Of a DNA stretch of 64,000 nucleotides, positions 10,087 through 19,181 are shown piece after piece (within the stretch, counting starts at the first letter, position 1; each line of letters begins with the position of its first letter). A program made the translations under genes and the position numbers. The stretch is taken from positions 1 through 64,000 of IMG/VR virus record IMGVR_UViG_3300017991_005548. The stretch is one strand, 5' to 3'. The notes beneath the pieces are model-generated. The model was not told where the DNA came from, did no database searches, and saw only the letters and a list, made by a program, of their open reading frames with translations.

Positions 10087-10962
10087 TTAAATTATTCCAT
10101 AACTTCTCGCCCATTTACGAATTGTATTACATGTTACCCCATATTTTTTACCAATAGCAACCCAAGTCATCTTATCTATCATGTCTTTTAGCTCTTCTTT
10201 AGATGGGCGATTCTGAACCTTACGACGACTTGGCAACTTACCATTACATGAAGTACATCTGGTGCTTCTATGCTCAATTGCTTTGTTGCAATCTACACAT
10301 CTATTTGTTTTTTCTTCCTCTAGCTTTTTAACATATTCCTCTATGGTTGTTTCAATTTTACAGTTTGCACATTTGTCCTTAATGACATTTTTGATCTGGG
10401 CAACAACCATTTTTCTATGCTTTTTGTCAAGCTTATTGTATTTAGACCACCTGATTCTATATACGAACCATCCATTGTCTTCCAAATATTTATTTCTACG
10501 CTTATCACTTTTTATTATTTTTTCATCGCAATAATGTTGCTCTCCATCGATTTCTATGTCTATTTTTCTTATTGGATCAGAGAAATCGAGTTGATATGTG
10601 CCAACTCTGTGATGGTATATTAACTCTATATTCTCATTTCTAAATAACTTCTCAAAATATTTTTCTGGGTACGACATTCCTTTGCTATGATGGTTAAGTA
10701 AATACGGGACTTTATCTGGATTTTCTTTAAGAAACTTTCTTCTTGCCTTACTAATCTTTTCTTTTGTTTTCTCTGACAGTTTTCTGGGTTTTAGTTTACA
10801 ACTTAATTTCATGGCACTCGATCTTTCTCTTGATACAAAATCTCCTCGTTTTCTGGCAGACGTAATTGCCGCCATACTAACTCCAAATTCCTCAATAACT
10901 TCTCTCCATGTATGTCCTTCGTCATAAAACTTCTGAATTTCAATCCAATTGTATCTAGGCAT
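10087..10962 (-). CDS. Free-standing putative homing endonuclease (DUF559/Vsr-like PD-(D/E)xK with HTH and Cys4 zinc modules)
   Basis: YQLDF...IDIEIDGEQH...DKRRNKYLEDNGWFVYRIRW; NUMOD-like LSEKTKEKISKA; CVDC...CTSC; lies between two complete tRNA genes. Confidence 0.75.
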   Translation of the reverse strand: MPRYNWIEIQKFYDEGHTWREVIEEFGVSMAAITSARKRGDFVSRERSSAMKLSCKLKPRKLSEKTKEKISKARRKFLKENPDKVPYLLNHHSKGMSYPEKYFEKLFRNENIELIYHHRVGTYQLDFSDPIRKIDIEIDGEQHYCDEKIIKSDKRRNKYLEDNGWFVYRIRWSKYNKLDKKHRKMVVAQIKNVIKDKCANCKIETTIEEYVKKLEEEKTNRCVDCNKAIEHRSTRCTSCNGKLPSRRKVQNRPSKEELKDMIDKMTWVAIGKKYGVTCNTIRKWARSYGII

Positions 10963-11051
10963 AACAACACTCCTTTTTAGTTGTATTGTTATGTATTTCT
11001 AGATAAGTATAGCAACATCCTTTGAGAAATTGGACTTTTATGGTTCAAATT

Positions 11052-11128
11052 TGGTGGGCTGGGTGGGACTTGAACCCACGACCAACGGAGTAAGAATCCG
11101 CGACTCTATCCAACTGAGTTACCAACCC
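11052..11128 (-). tRNA. tRNA-Lys(CUU)
   Basis: Cloverleaf; anticodon arm GCGGA-TTCTTAC-TCCGT; ACCA end. Confidence 0.9.
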
Positions 11129-11133
11129 ATTTT

Positions 11134-11208
11134 TGGTGGACCTGGAGAATTTTGAAATCTCGACCAACGGATTAAAAGTCCGCGACTCTGCCTCTGAGTT
11201 ACAGGTCC
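11134..11208 (-). tRNA. tRNA-Lys(UUU)
   Basis: GGACCTG/CAGGTCC acceptor; GCGGA-CTTTTAA-TCCGT; atypical T arm GAGAT-TTCAAAA-TTCTC; ACCA end. Confidence 0.85.
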
Positions 11209-11263
11209 AAAGTGAGAGAGCATATCTACTTCGAAGACTTAACAATATGCTTTTAAACTCTCT

Positions 11264-11339
11264 TGGAGCCGCCTGACGGAATTGAACCGACATCCTCTGA
11301 GTACAAAACAGAGATAATAATCCTTTATACTAAGGCGGC
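11264..11339 (-). tRNA. tRNA-Thr(UGU)
   Basis: GCCGCCT/AGGCGGC acceptor; loop TTTGTAC closed by a U-U pair; TCCA end. Confidence 0.85.
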
Positions 11340-11345
11340 GTCATA

Positions 11346-11417
11346 AGCCCTTGCCCAGCAACGATCTGGGACTAATCCCTTACGAGGGGATAGTTCTGCC
11401 AATTAAACTACAAGGGC
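11346..11417 (-). tRNA. tRNA-Thr(CGU), CCA not encoded
   Basis: GCCCTTG/CAAGGGC acceptor; ATCCC-CTCGTAA-GGGAT; atypical T loop ATCGTTG. Confidence 0.75.
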
Positions 11418-11445
11418 ATCTTACTTAAATTTTCAAAGATCATTC

Positions 11446-11520
11446 TGGAGCATCCAATCGGACTCGAACCGATAACCCCCTCCTTACCATGGAGGAATTC
11501 TACCATTGAACTATGGATGC
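11446..11520 (-). tRNA. tRNA-Thr(GGU)
   Basis: GCATCCA/TGGATGC acceptor; CCTCC-ATGGTAA-GGAGG; TCCA end. Confidence 0.9.
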
Positions 11521-11528
11521 ATAGGCAC

Positions 11529-11562
11529 AAAAAAACCCGAAGTCTTTATCGGACTTCGGGTT
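11529..11562 (-). terminator. Attenuator terminator upstream of the Thr/Lys tRNA genes
   Basis: 9-bp stem CCCGAAGTC/GACTTCGGG, 7-nt loop, U7 tract ending 8 nt before tRNA-Thr(GGU). Confidence 0.9.
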
Positions 11563-11584
11563 GGTCAGTATCTTTACGTTCAGG

Positions 11585-11662
11585 TCAAGACAACAAACCT
11601 CCCGAAGCCACGCGTTTCTTCGTGGTTTTGGTTGTTTTAGTTGTCTTGGTTGTAGCGTACAT
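11585..11662 (-). CDS. Thr/Lys-rich attenuator leader peptide MYATTKTTKTTKTTKKRVASGGLLS (25 aa)
   Basis: AAGGA SD upstream; 13 consecutive Thr/Lys codons; contains antiterminator segment GCTTCGGG (11601-11608) complementary to the terminator 5' arm. Confidence 0.85.
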   Translation of the reverse strand: MYATTKTTKTTKTTKKRVASGGLLS

Positions 11663-11734
11663 TTTTAAAATTCCTTATCTTCATTTAATTGAAGTTTATG
11701 AGCATTGTTCATTAAACTCGCTCAAGTTACCCCT

Positions 11735-11762
11735 ATTATAAGCTATGTTTGGAGCTTTTCAA
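11735..11762 (-). promoter_or_regulatory. sigma70-type promoter of the Thr/Lys tRNA operon
   Basis: TTGAAA-N16-TATAAT followed by AGGGGTAAC. Confidence 0.75.
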
Positions 11763-11786
11763 GCGCAACTGAGATTTTTTTTGAAA

Positions 11787-12995
11787 TTATGGACAAGTCT
11801 CGTTTCCAACAGTAGGAACGTATGATGGCGCACCTTTCCATCCTGCCCAAGTATCAGTTCCAACACCATTAGCTTGGAGTGCATCCCACTTAATGGTCAA
11901 ATTACCATATGACCCCAAACTAGAAGCATCAAATGTAACGAATGTAAAACTGCTATTGGGAATAACTGTGGTTGAAGTTAGTGTACCTACATAAACTCCA
12001 GCAGAAATCCTGTTGTTATATTGAGAGTTTGTTCCCAAATTGATCCATACATGATGGTAAATATTGCTTCTTAAATAACAAGCAACTTTTTGAAATGTGG
12101 AATAAGATCCGCCAATTCTTAATTGCATTGATCCATTATAAGTGTTATTCCAAGATTCTGCTGGACTATTGCTATACGTACCTGGACATATTATTTTTGA
12201 TTCTCCATTGTACCATGAGACGAATCCTGTCCCATCATGCAACCAGTTAATGCTGTTTGCCGTTCCAGTCCAACAAAGAGTAACTTTCATTCTAGGATCT
12301 GAATTCCCCCCACACATAATTTTGGGCAATGGAGGTCCATCACTTTCTGAAGAACTTGAGGAACTATCTGGAGGTAAACCAGAACTGGAAGATTCAGAGT
12401 ATGAACTCTCAGAGTATGAACTGGAAGATTCAGAGTATGAAGATTCAGAATATGAACTGGATGATTCAGAATATGAACTTTCGGAGTATGAACTGCTAGA
12501 CTCTGAAGAATTGCACCCTCCTTCACATACTTCTATTACTTCTCCCTCTGTGTAATTTAGATATGCTCCTGGAGTTGCTAAGACAATTGCATCCTCACTA
12601 CCCCAATTTGTATAAGTCCCTTCATCAAATCCATTAATACAGACAGTTCCCTCTGAGATATTGCCAAAAAGAGTTGGTGGAGAAAACCAAAGGGTATTTT
12701 TAACTTCTGATATCCCACCAATTGTTACGTTAACACATTCAATAGAGCTTGAAGAAGATGGTGCGGCCAAAGATTCTGAAGAAGATGATCCTCCACCAAA
12801 AGACTCTGAAGATTCAGACAAAAGGCTCTCGGAGGAAGAGCTTGCGAGTTCACAAGCCAAACAGGAATCAAAAGTACCCTCAATCTCAAATGGGAAAGCA
12901 TTTCTTGGTTTTGTTGTTTCACCAGAGAATTTGTAACATTGACCATCTATCTTTATAGATGATCCTTGATAATCATCAAATACTTTGCTTGACAT
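11787..12995 (-). CDS. Cys-module family protein with Ser/Tyr repeat linker
   Basis: N-terminal DYQGSSIKIDGQCY...FDSCLACEL module; SYSESS(S) repeats; middle Cys-bounded domain shared with 23521..24087. Confidence 0.8.
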   Translation of the reverse strand: MSSKVFDDYQGSSIKIDGQCYKFSGETTKPRNAFPFEIEGTFDSCLACELASSSSESLLSESSESFGGGSSSSESLAAPSSSSSIECVNVTIGGISEVKNTLWFSPPTLFGNISEGTVCINGFDEGTYTNWGSEDAIVLATPGAYLNYTEGEVIEVCEGGCNSSESSSSYSESSYSESSSSYSESSYSESSSSYSESSYSESSSSGLPPDSSSSSSESDGPPLPKIMCGGNSDPRMKVTLCWTGTANSINWLHDGTGFVSWYNGESKIICPGTYSNSPAESWNNTYNGSMQLRIGGSYSTFQKVACYLRSNIYHHVWINLGTNSQYNNRISAGVYVGTLTSTTVIPNSSFTFVTFDASSLGSYGNLTIKWDALQANGVGTDTWAGWKGAPSYVPTVGNETCP

Positions 12996-13060
12996 AATTG
13001 GGATTCCAGCACATTTTGTTTCGAAATATTTTTCTTTGTGCTATACCCAAATACCTGCAA

Positions 13061-13252
13061 TTATTTTTTGGATCGTTCCCTATTTAACGACTCTCTAAGG
13101 GAATAAGTGTCGAAGGCCATGACCGAAATCATTTCAAGCATTACTTGATCCAAAGGCTTATAGCCACCTTTATACAATTTTAGTAAACTCTCTACGTGAT
13201 AATTATGTTTGGCGATTCTCTCCAATTCCCCTAACAGCTTCCTCTTCCTCAT
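13061..13252 (-). CDS. Hypothetical protein
   Basis: 63 aa ORF overlapping the upstream gene. Confidence 0.5.
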   Translation of the reverse strand: MRKRKLLGELERIAKHNYHVESLLKLYKGGYKPLDQVMLEMISVMAFDTYSLRESLNRERSKK

Positions 13253-13652
13253 TTGTACCAGCCATTAGTTTAATCCTTTTCTTTGTTTTCTCGATAACGT
13301 CAGCAAACTTTGAACCCCCAAAAGGGCAATAGTGACATTCCATGTCTTTATTCCTCATTTCCCTCATCATAACCTTTGCTCCACGCAAATTTAATGAGTG
13401 AACAATGATAGATAATTTCTTATTTGGAGTCTCATGAAGTCGTCTTGCAACAGTAGCCCCAGTATTAAATTCATCACTATCTACATACTGTCTTCCCTCA
13501 AGATCATGATCTAGGAAAATATAGTCATACTTATTGGTATTTAGCCACTCCATTGCAAGGTCAACTTGGTCAGTAATGTCTAACTGACATGGTAAATGCT
13601 CTCTAAAAATTGCGATTCTTCTTGGGTCATCTTCCAGGATAAAAACTCTCAT
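13203..13652 (-). CDS. Receiver-fold protein of the cyclic-phosphate-processing receiver type
   Basis: ILEDD...IFLDHDL...TG...IIVHSLNxxG motif pattern. Confidence 0.65.
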   Translation of the reverse strand: MRVFILEDDPRRIAIFREHLPCQLDITDQVDLAMEWLNTNKYDYIFLDHDLEGRQYVDSDEFNTGATVARRLHETPNKKLSIIVHSLNLRGAKVMMREMRNKDMECHYCPFGGSKFADVIEKTKKRIKLMAGTNEEEEAVRGIGENRQT

Positions 13653-14047
13653 TGTATCTCCTTTATGAATTCTTCATCTTCCATTAATTCATCCATTGCT
13701 TTTTCGACCTTATCTGCCGTTTTCTCCAACAGAAACTCTCTAAGCAAAGGTATGGCCATTATAAAATATAAAACGCCATACTTTCCAAATTGCCATTTAT
13801 GATGCAATTCATGGGCGACAACACTCACGAGCATCTCTGGAGCATCTTTCCCATAATGAATTAGGTTTATCTCTGATGGTTTCTTCCAATCAAAACTGCC
13901 TAATATACCATTATTAGCATCATATTTCTCATTCCAATATATCTTCACACCTGAAGGGTCAGCAATTGGGTAAGGCAACCTGTCTTTGGCCTTAGAAATA
14001 ATTTTTACGAAATATTCTTGTTCCTTTTGAGTTAGTTCTTGTTTCAT
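13649..14047 (-). CDS. Putative zinc metallopeptidase-like protein
   Basis: VAHELHHKWQ (HExxH) with downstream ExxA. Confidence 0.55.
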   Translation of the reverse strand: MKQELTQKEQEYFVKIISKAKDRLPYPIADPSGVKIYWNEKYDANNGILGSFDWKKPSEINLIHYGKDAPEMLVSVVAHELHHKWQFGKYGVLYFIMAIPLLREFLLEKTADKVEKAMDELMEDEEFIKEIQ

Positions 14048-14078
14048 TCCCCGAACCCCCTATAAATTCTCTAATACT

Positions 14079-14106
14079 ATTATAACTTCAAAAATACATA
14101 TTCCAA
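14079..14106 (-). promoter_or_regulatory. sigma70-type promoter
   Basis: TTGGAA-N16-TATAAT upstream of 14047. Confidence 0.55.
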
Positions 14107-14116
14107 GAGCCACAAC

Positions 14117-14145
14117 AAAAAAGACCATAGATACCTATGGTCTTT
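14117..14145 (-). terminator. Intrinsic terminator
   Basis: GACCATAG/CTATGGTC stem followed by U6. Confidence 0.7.
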
Positions 14146-14163
14146 AAATTAGTGTTTTATTGA

Positions 14164-14191
14164 TAGAGTTTAGAGTTTAGAGTTTAGAGTT
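14164..14191. repeat. Heptanucleotide tandem repeat (TAGAGTT)x4
   Basis: Seen directly; overlaps the stop of 14184..14450. Confidence 0.85.
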
Positions 14192-14450
14192 TAGAATCTC
14201 TAAGGGCTGTAAGGGCATCAATCCTACCTTGCATTAAAGTGATTCTGTCATTTAACTGTTCAACCGTCAATTGACTTAATTGAGCCTGTCTAATAATTGG
14301 TCTGATGACTTGAGCAGTATATTTGGCGATCAAATCTCTTCTTACTCTACCAGGCTTTTCATCAGGATAATCGTTTGTAACGATGTCCTGTAAAGTTCTT
14401 CCGCCTTCAAGTTTAGTTTTTACATCTTCAAGTTGAGTATCATTTAACAT
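14184..14450 (-). CDS. Hypothetical protein with C-terminal coiled-coil-like segment
   Basis: 88 aa ORF, GAGGA SD. Confidence 0.7.
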   Translation of the reverse strand: MLNDTQLEDVKTKLEGGRTLQDIVTNDYPDEKPGRVRRDLIAKYTAQVIRPIIRQAQLSQLTVEQLNDRITLMQGRIDALTALRDSKL

Positions 14451-14523
14451 TTTTAATCCTCTAATTTTGAATTTTGATTAATATTTTTGTTTCTAATTAT
14501 ACAAAGAAAATCCTTTATGAATT

Positions 14524-15510
14524 TTATGGTGGACTACTCTTATATGGATGTCCAGTTGGTAAACTTCCTTCTTGGCCCCACTTCCAAGCGAGATATCCCT
14601 CAACCTCTTGACGCTCTGTGTTTGTTAGTGCCTTTCTATAAACAAGAACCTCTGCATAATCTGCTTGCATGAAGTTACTATATCCCTCATTCAGTGCGCC
14701 CAAGGTAAGTGTAGAGCTATAGTTCGGAATAGATGTGCTAGTTTCTGTACTTGTTTTACTTAAGCTACCGTCCACATACAATTTTGATCTTTGAGAAGCG
14801 ATCAAAGATCCGTCAAATACTGTTTCCATCATATAAACCGTTCCACTACTGAAAGTTTGAGGATCGGAATCCCACCTATCCCCAATACCGTTAATATCGA
14901 TATATACATAACTATCATTCCAATAGAACATGCCATAAGCGTATTCCCCGAATTCGCCAAAACCAGTGCGCTTAGCGATAATGCCATCTGGATCTCCACT
15001 TAAAGTTGGTTTTAGCATTACCAATATTGTTAATCCTGAAGTTCCGTCTAAAGTGTCATCGTCTGGAACAACCAATATGTCTGAAACTCCATCAAATCTA
15101 ACGACATATTTTCCATCTAAGGCATTTGAGACATATGTGGGTTGATCAGTACCCGTACCTTGAGCCGCATGGTTTTCATTCCCTGATTTATCGTCCCATT
15201 GACTAACGAATCCTCCTGATTCAGTAATCGTATCAGAGTCGTCTGCATCAAGCCACAGAACTAAATTTGATATATCGGACGGCATAAATCCATCTGAACT
15301 CGAAGAACTACTTGAAGATACGTTGTTGAAACTTTCAGAGCTTTCTGAAGAACTTGATTCTAGAGCACACTCTAGACAAGAATCAAAAGTTCCACCTACT
15401 TCAGATGGATCAGTATCAACTGGGGCCAAGGTTTCTCCTACAAAAAGATAACATTCTCCATTTATTTTAATTGAAAGCCCTTGGTAATCTTGTAAAATCT
15501 TATCTGCCAT
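14524..15510 (-). CDS. Cys-module + poly-Ser + LamG/concanavalin-A-like domain (array copy 6)
   Basis: LWLDA...VSQWDDKSGN...FDG...EGYLAWKWG pattern typical of phage LamG-like fibre domains. Confidence 0.8.
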   Translation of the reverse strand: MADKILQDYQGLSIKINGECYLFVGETLAPVDTDPSEVGGTFDSCLECALESSSSESSESFNNVSSSSSSSSDGFMPSDISNLVLWLDADDSDTITESGGFVSQWDDKSGNENHAAQGTGTDQPTYVSNALDGKYVVRFDGVSDILVVPDDDTLDGTSGLTILVMLKPTLSGDPDGIIAKRTGFGEFGEYAYGMFYWNDSYVYIDINGIGDRWDSDPQTFSSGTVYMMETVFDGSLIASQRSKLYVDGSLSKTSTETSTSIPNYSSTLTLGALNEGYSNFMQADYAEVLVYRKALTNTERQEVEGYLAWKWGQEGSLPTGHPYKSSPP

Positions 15511-16469
15511 TATGGTGCCGCTCCTTTGTATGGATGTGTTAACGGTAAATTATCTTCTAGCCCCCATTTCCAAGCAAGATAGCCTTCTAATTTTTGTCTG
15601 GTGTCAGTTGTTATATCGTTCTCAATAACGATTATCTCGCAAATGTATCCATCCAAACGTTCGGTTGCTCTGTCAGCGACTCCCATTCCTTGAGAAGCGG
15701 TATTTGAAGTATTTCCTGCGGTTTGAAATGCTGTTGGCCCAGAAAGCGTTCCGTCATAAGTCGAATATACTTGTGCATTAGCCCAATCTGCAATAGAAAC
15801 AAACATATGTGGGTCTGTATCGGTTGTTTGCCAAAAAATTTCTAAATAGGAATCACTATCTAATCTTCTACCAGCAGTACCCAGGTCTCCAGCTTCAACC
15901 TGATGCTTTAATCTTGTGGAACCACTATTCTGATAAACCTCAAATAGAATATTTGTCCCAGTAATAACATCCTTCTTGTGAACAGTTAAAATCATAGCAG
16001 AAGGAACGTTTTGTAGATAAGCACCCGACCCGATAGCAATACTGTCATCTCCATCAAAGTCTATTACATTTAAGCCATTTTGCGTTGTGGCACCAGTAGT
16101 TGGCTGTTCGGCACCAGTTCCTTGAGTTAAATGATAATCATTTCCTGATTTATCATCCCATTGACTAACACTCCCTCCAGAATCAGTAATGGTATCTGTA
16201 TCAGCCGCATCATACCAACCTAGCAATGTCAATTCTGCTGGGGTGAAACCTCTACTTGATGAGCTACTTGATGAAGATACATTGTTAAAACTTTCAGAAC
16301 TTTCTGAAGAGCTAGATTCTAAAGCACACTCTAAACAAGAATCGTAAGTTCCACCTATCTCTGAAGGGTCAGTGTCAACTGGAGCAGTCGTTTCCCCTAC
16401 AAAAAGATAACATTCTCCATTTATCTTTATTGAAGGTCCCTGATATTGTTGTAAAATTTTATCTTCCAT
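15510..16469 (-). CDS. Cys-module + poly-Ser + LamG-like domain (copy 5)
   Basis: Same motif pattern; TAATG stop/start overlap. Confidence 0.8.
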   Translation of the reverse strand: MEDKILQQYQGPSIKINGECYLFVGETTAPVDTDPSEIGGTYDSCLECALESSSSESSESFNNVSSSSSSSSRGFTPAELTLLGWYDAADTDTITDSGGSVSQWDDKSGNDYHLTQGTGAEQPTTGATTQNGLNVIDFDGDDSIAIGSGAYLQNVPSAMILTVHKKDVITGTNILFEVYQNSGSTRLKHQVEAGDLGTAGRRLDSDSYLEIFWQTTDTDPHMFVSIADWANAQVYSTYDGTLSGPTAFQTAGNTSNTASQGMGVADRATERLDGYICEIIVIENDITTDTRQKLEGYLAWKWGLEDNLPLTHPYKGAAP

Positions 16470-17434
16470 TATGGTGGCGCTCCTTTATATGGATGATCTG
16501 ATGGTAAATTATCTTCTAGACTCCATTTCCAGGCCAAATAACCTTCGAGTTTTTGTCTTGTATCCAAAGTCTCGTCTTCAACAACTATTAACTCCCCAAT
16601 AGCTCCATCAAAACGTTTATTTCCTCCCCCAACATCTCCATCCCCGATCTCAAATAACTGAGTTGTATCATTGGGAATAGAAGTTGGGTTCGTTTGAACA
16701 GACTCAGCTTGCTCAACCCCATTCACAAAACATCTAGCATCTCCATATGTCCCACCCTGAGGTCTTGTCATTACAGTTATGGTAGGGGTACTAAGAGTTA
16801 CTGGTGTATATTTGTCATTACCATTATTATATCTCCAAGCCCATCCATCAGAACCAACAGACACCTTAATTGAATTTGTGACATTTCCACTAAAACCACA
16901 CCAACGATCATCTGAAGTTACACTACTATCAACCACTATGACTACGGCAATCATAACATCAGGGTTAGCTCCAAGACCAAGTCTTGAATTTATAGATAAT
17001 TCTTTTTGTGGGAAATCTAGAATATTTAACCCATTTATATTTCTTGTTCCTGTAATTGGTTGATCTGATCCGCTTCCTTGAGTTACATCATAATTATTCC
17101 CAGACTTGTCGTCCCATTGACTTACATTTCCACCTGAATCCGTTATGGTGTCAGAATCTGTTGCGTCCCACCAACCAACAGGACTGACATCTAATGGATT
17201 AAACCCTCTACTTGATGAAGAACTGCTAGAAGAAACATTATTAAAACTCTCCGAACTGTCTGAGGAACTAGAAGTACTTGATTCCAATGTACACTCAAGA
17301 CAAGAGTCAAAAACCCCACCTATTTCAGATGGATCTGCATTAATTGCTTCAGTTGTCTCTTCAACAAATAAATAGCATTGTCCATCTATCTTAACTGAAG
17401 CCCCCTGATAATCTTGAAATATCTTAACTGACAT
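16469..17434 (-). CDS. Cys-module + poly-Ser + LamG-like domain (copy 4)
   Basis: Start revised to MSVKIFQ at 17434 by paralog alignment and TAATG overlap. Confidence 0.8.
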   Translation of the reverse strand: MSVKIFQDYQGASVKIDGQCYLFVEETTEAINADPSEIGGVFDSCLECTLESSTSSSSDSSESFNNVSSSSSSSSRGFNPLDVSPVGWWDATDSDTITDSGGNVSQWDDKSGNNYDVTQGSGSDQPITGTRNINGLNILDFPQKELSINSRLGLGANPDVMIAVVIVVDSSVTSDDRWCGFSGNVTNSIKVSVGSDGWAWRYNNGNDKYTPVTLSTPTITVMTRPQGGTYGDARCFVNGVEQAESVQTNPTSIPNDTTQLFEIGDGDVGGGNKRFDGAIGELIVVEDETLDTRQKLEGYLAWKWSLEDNLPSDHPYKGAPP

Positions 17435-18315
17435 TATGGAACCCACTTATTATTCAAATAATTAATCACAGTATCTTGCTCAGAACTTGTCAAATCTTCG
17501 TTATAGAAAATCAATTCGCAAAGAGCCATTTTTAAATACCTAACATTCCCTGAGATAGGATCACCACCTATACGGATGTTGTTATAAACTGATCCTGCAA
17601 TTGTTGAACCTCTCTGAAACTTAGAAACTTGTATCTGATCAAAAGTAAAACTAGCTGATGCAACTCCATTAACTTCAAAATCACCATCTGTATAACAAAA
17701 ATCATTGGCATCATTTGTTGGTCTCCAAGCCGCAACAGTTCCACTAGCTAGTCGAATGTTACCTCTATCGCCTGCATTTGAGACCAAACCACTACAACAT
17801 CCAGTATTTGGCTGACCAGACTTTACAATGACTGCCGCAAAGACCCACTCCATATCTGTAACATTAATAGAATTCCTTTGCAGAAAATCATTTGAACCAT
17901 CAAAAGTTAAAGTGTTAAGATTATTTTGAGTTTCCAATTCTGTTTGAGGCTGATTCGACCCAGTTCCCTGAGTTACATGGAAATTGTTTCCTGATTTATC
18001 ATCCCATTGACTAACAAATCCACCTGAATCGGTTATAGTGTCCGTATCAGATGCGTCATACCACAAAGACAAGCCTGGGATATCATATGGGAAGAAGCCA
18101 CTTGATGACGAACTGGAAGAAGAAGTATTTCCTATGCTTTCAGAACTGTCTGAAGAACTTGATTCTAGAGCACACTCTAAACACGAACTAAAAGTCCCAC
18201 CTACCTCTGATGGATCGGTATCTACTGGAGCAGTTGTTTCTCCTACAAAAAGATAACACTCTCCGTTTATCTTAATTGAAGGACCTTGATATTCTTGTAA
18301 GATTTTATCATCCAT
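17434..18315 (-). CDS. Cys-module + poly-Ser + LamG-like domain (copy 3)
   Basis: Start revised to MDDKILQ at 18315; TAATG overlap. Confidence 0.8.
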   Translation of the reverse strand: MDDKILQEYQGPSIKINGECYLFVGETTAPVDTDPSEVGGTFSSCLECALESSSSDSSESIGNTSSSSSSSSGFFPYDIPGLSLWYDASDTDTITDSGGFVSQWDDKSGNNFHVTQGTGSNQPQTELETQNNLNTLTFDGSNDFLQRNSINVTDMEWVFAAVIVKSGQPNTGCCSGLVSNAGDRGNIRLASGTVAAWRPTNDANDFCYTDGDFEVNGVASASFTFDQIQVSKFQRGSTIAGSVYNNIRIGGDPISGNVRYLKMALCELIFYNEDLTSSEQDTVINYLNNKWVP

Positions 18316-19181
18316 TATATGCCCCACTTATCAGACAAATAATCTTCCACTTGTAATCTCTCACTAGTCGTTAAAGCTCTATTGTATATTATTATTTCTC
18401 CAATATCACCATTAAAAGTCTCCCCAATACGCAAACTATAATTAGATGGGTTGGCAAAATCATTTGTTGTTAAGTCGCTGAACTGGGAGGTTCCATTCAT
18501 CCAAACATTCTGGCCAACACCATCTTCATTCCTCATGGTAAAATAATTCCAGTTATTACCTCCAGTCCAAGACCACTGACACCTTCCTCCAGCACTCCAT
18601 TCTCCAAAATCGAAATACCCATCACCAGTACTCCACGTCAAGTGACATCCAATTCTATTTACTTCTCTTGGATTTGAAAAAATTGGATAGCTTGCTGTAG
18701 TTACGCTTCTTTTCTGAACGATGAACATTGTTATATCATCTTGAGGCCATGTATATGGATCTTTATCCATGTAATCTCCCCCATCCCATCTAATAATATT
18801 ATTGCCATTTTGAACATTTGTTTGATAGGTTGGTTGTAACGAACCAGTCCCTTGAGTAACATCATTGTCATTACCTGATTTGTCATCCCATTGACTAACA
18901 CTGCCAGAGGATTCTGTTATGGTATTAGAATCAGCCGCGTCAAGCCACAATTGAATGTCTGCAATATCATATGGGAAGAAACCACTCGAACTGGAAGAAG
19001 AACTTGAATCCAACGAACTTGATGAACTTTCTAGAGTACACTCCAAACAAGAATCATAGGTCCCTCCAATCTCAGATGGGTCAGCATTAATACTTTCAGT
19101 TGTTTCCTCAACAAATATATAACACTGCCCATCGATTTTAACAGAAAAGCCTTGATAATTTTGAAATATCTTAACTGACAT
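18315..19181 (-). CDS. Cys-module + poly-Ser + LamG-like domain (copy 2)
   Basis: Start revised to MSVKIFQ at 19181; TGATG overlap. Confidence 0.8.
   Translation of the reverse strand: MSVKIFQNYQGFSVKIDGQCYIFVEETTESINADPSEIGGTYDSCLECTLESSSSSLDSSSSSSSSGFFPYDIADIQLWLDAADSNTITESSGSVSQWDDKSGNDNDVTQGTGSLQPTYQTNVQNGNNIIRWDGGDYMDKDPYTWPQDDITMFIVQKRSVTTASYPIFSNPREVNRIGCHLTWSTGDGYFDFGEWSAGGRCQWSWTGGNNWNYFTMRNEDGVGQNVWMNGTSQFSDLTTNDFANPSNYSLRIGETFNGDIGEIIIYNRALTTSERLQVEDYLSDKWGI

Noticed and set aside
10085-11051. Group I intron splitting a tRNA
   Set aside because: Both flanking tRNAs are complete and the ORF fills nearly the whole gap, leaving no room for a ribozyme core.
11529-11730. T-box riboswitch as the explanation for terminators upstream of tRNAs
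   Set aside because: No AGGGTGGNACCGCG T-box sequence or stem I pattern in either leader; leader ORFs with cognate codon runs explain the structure better.
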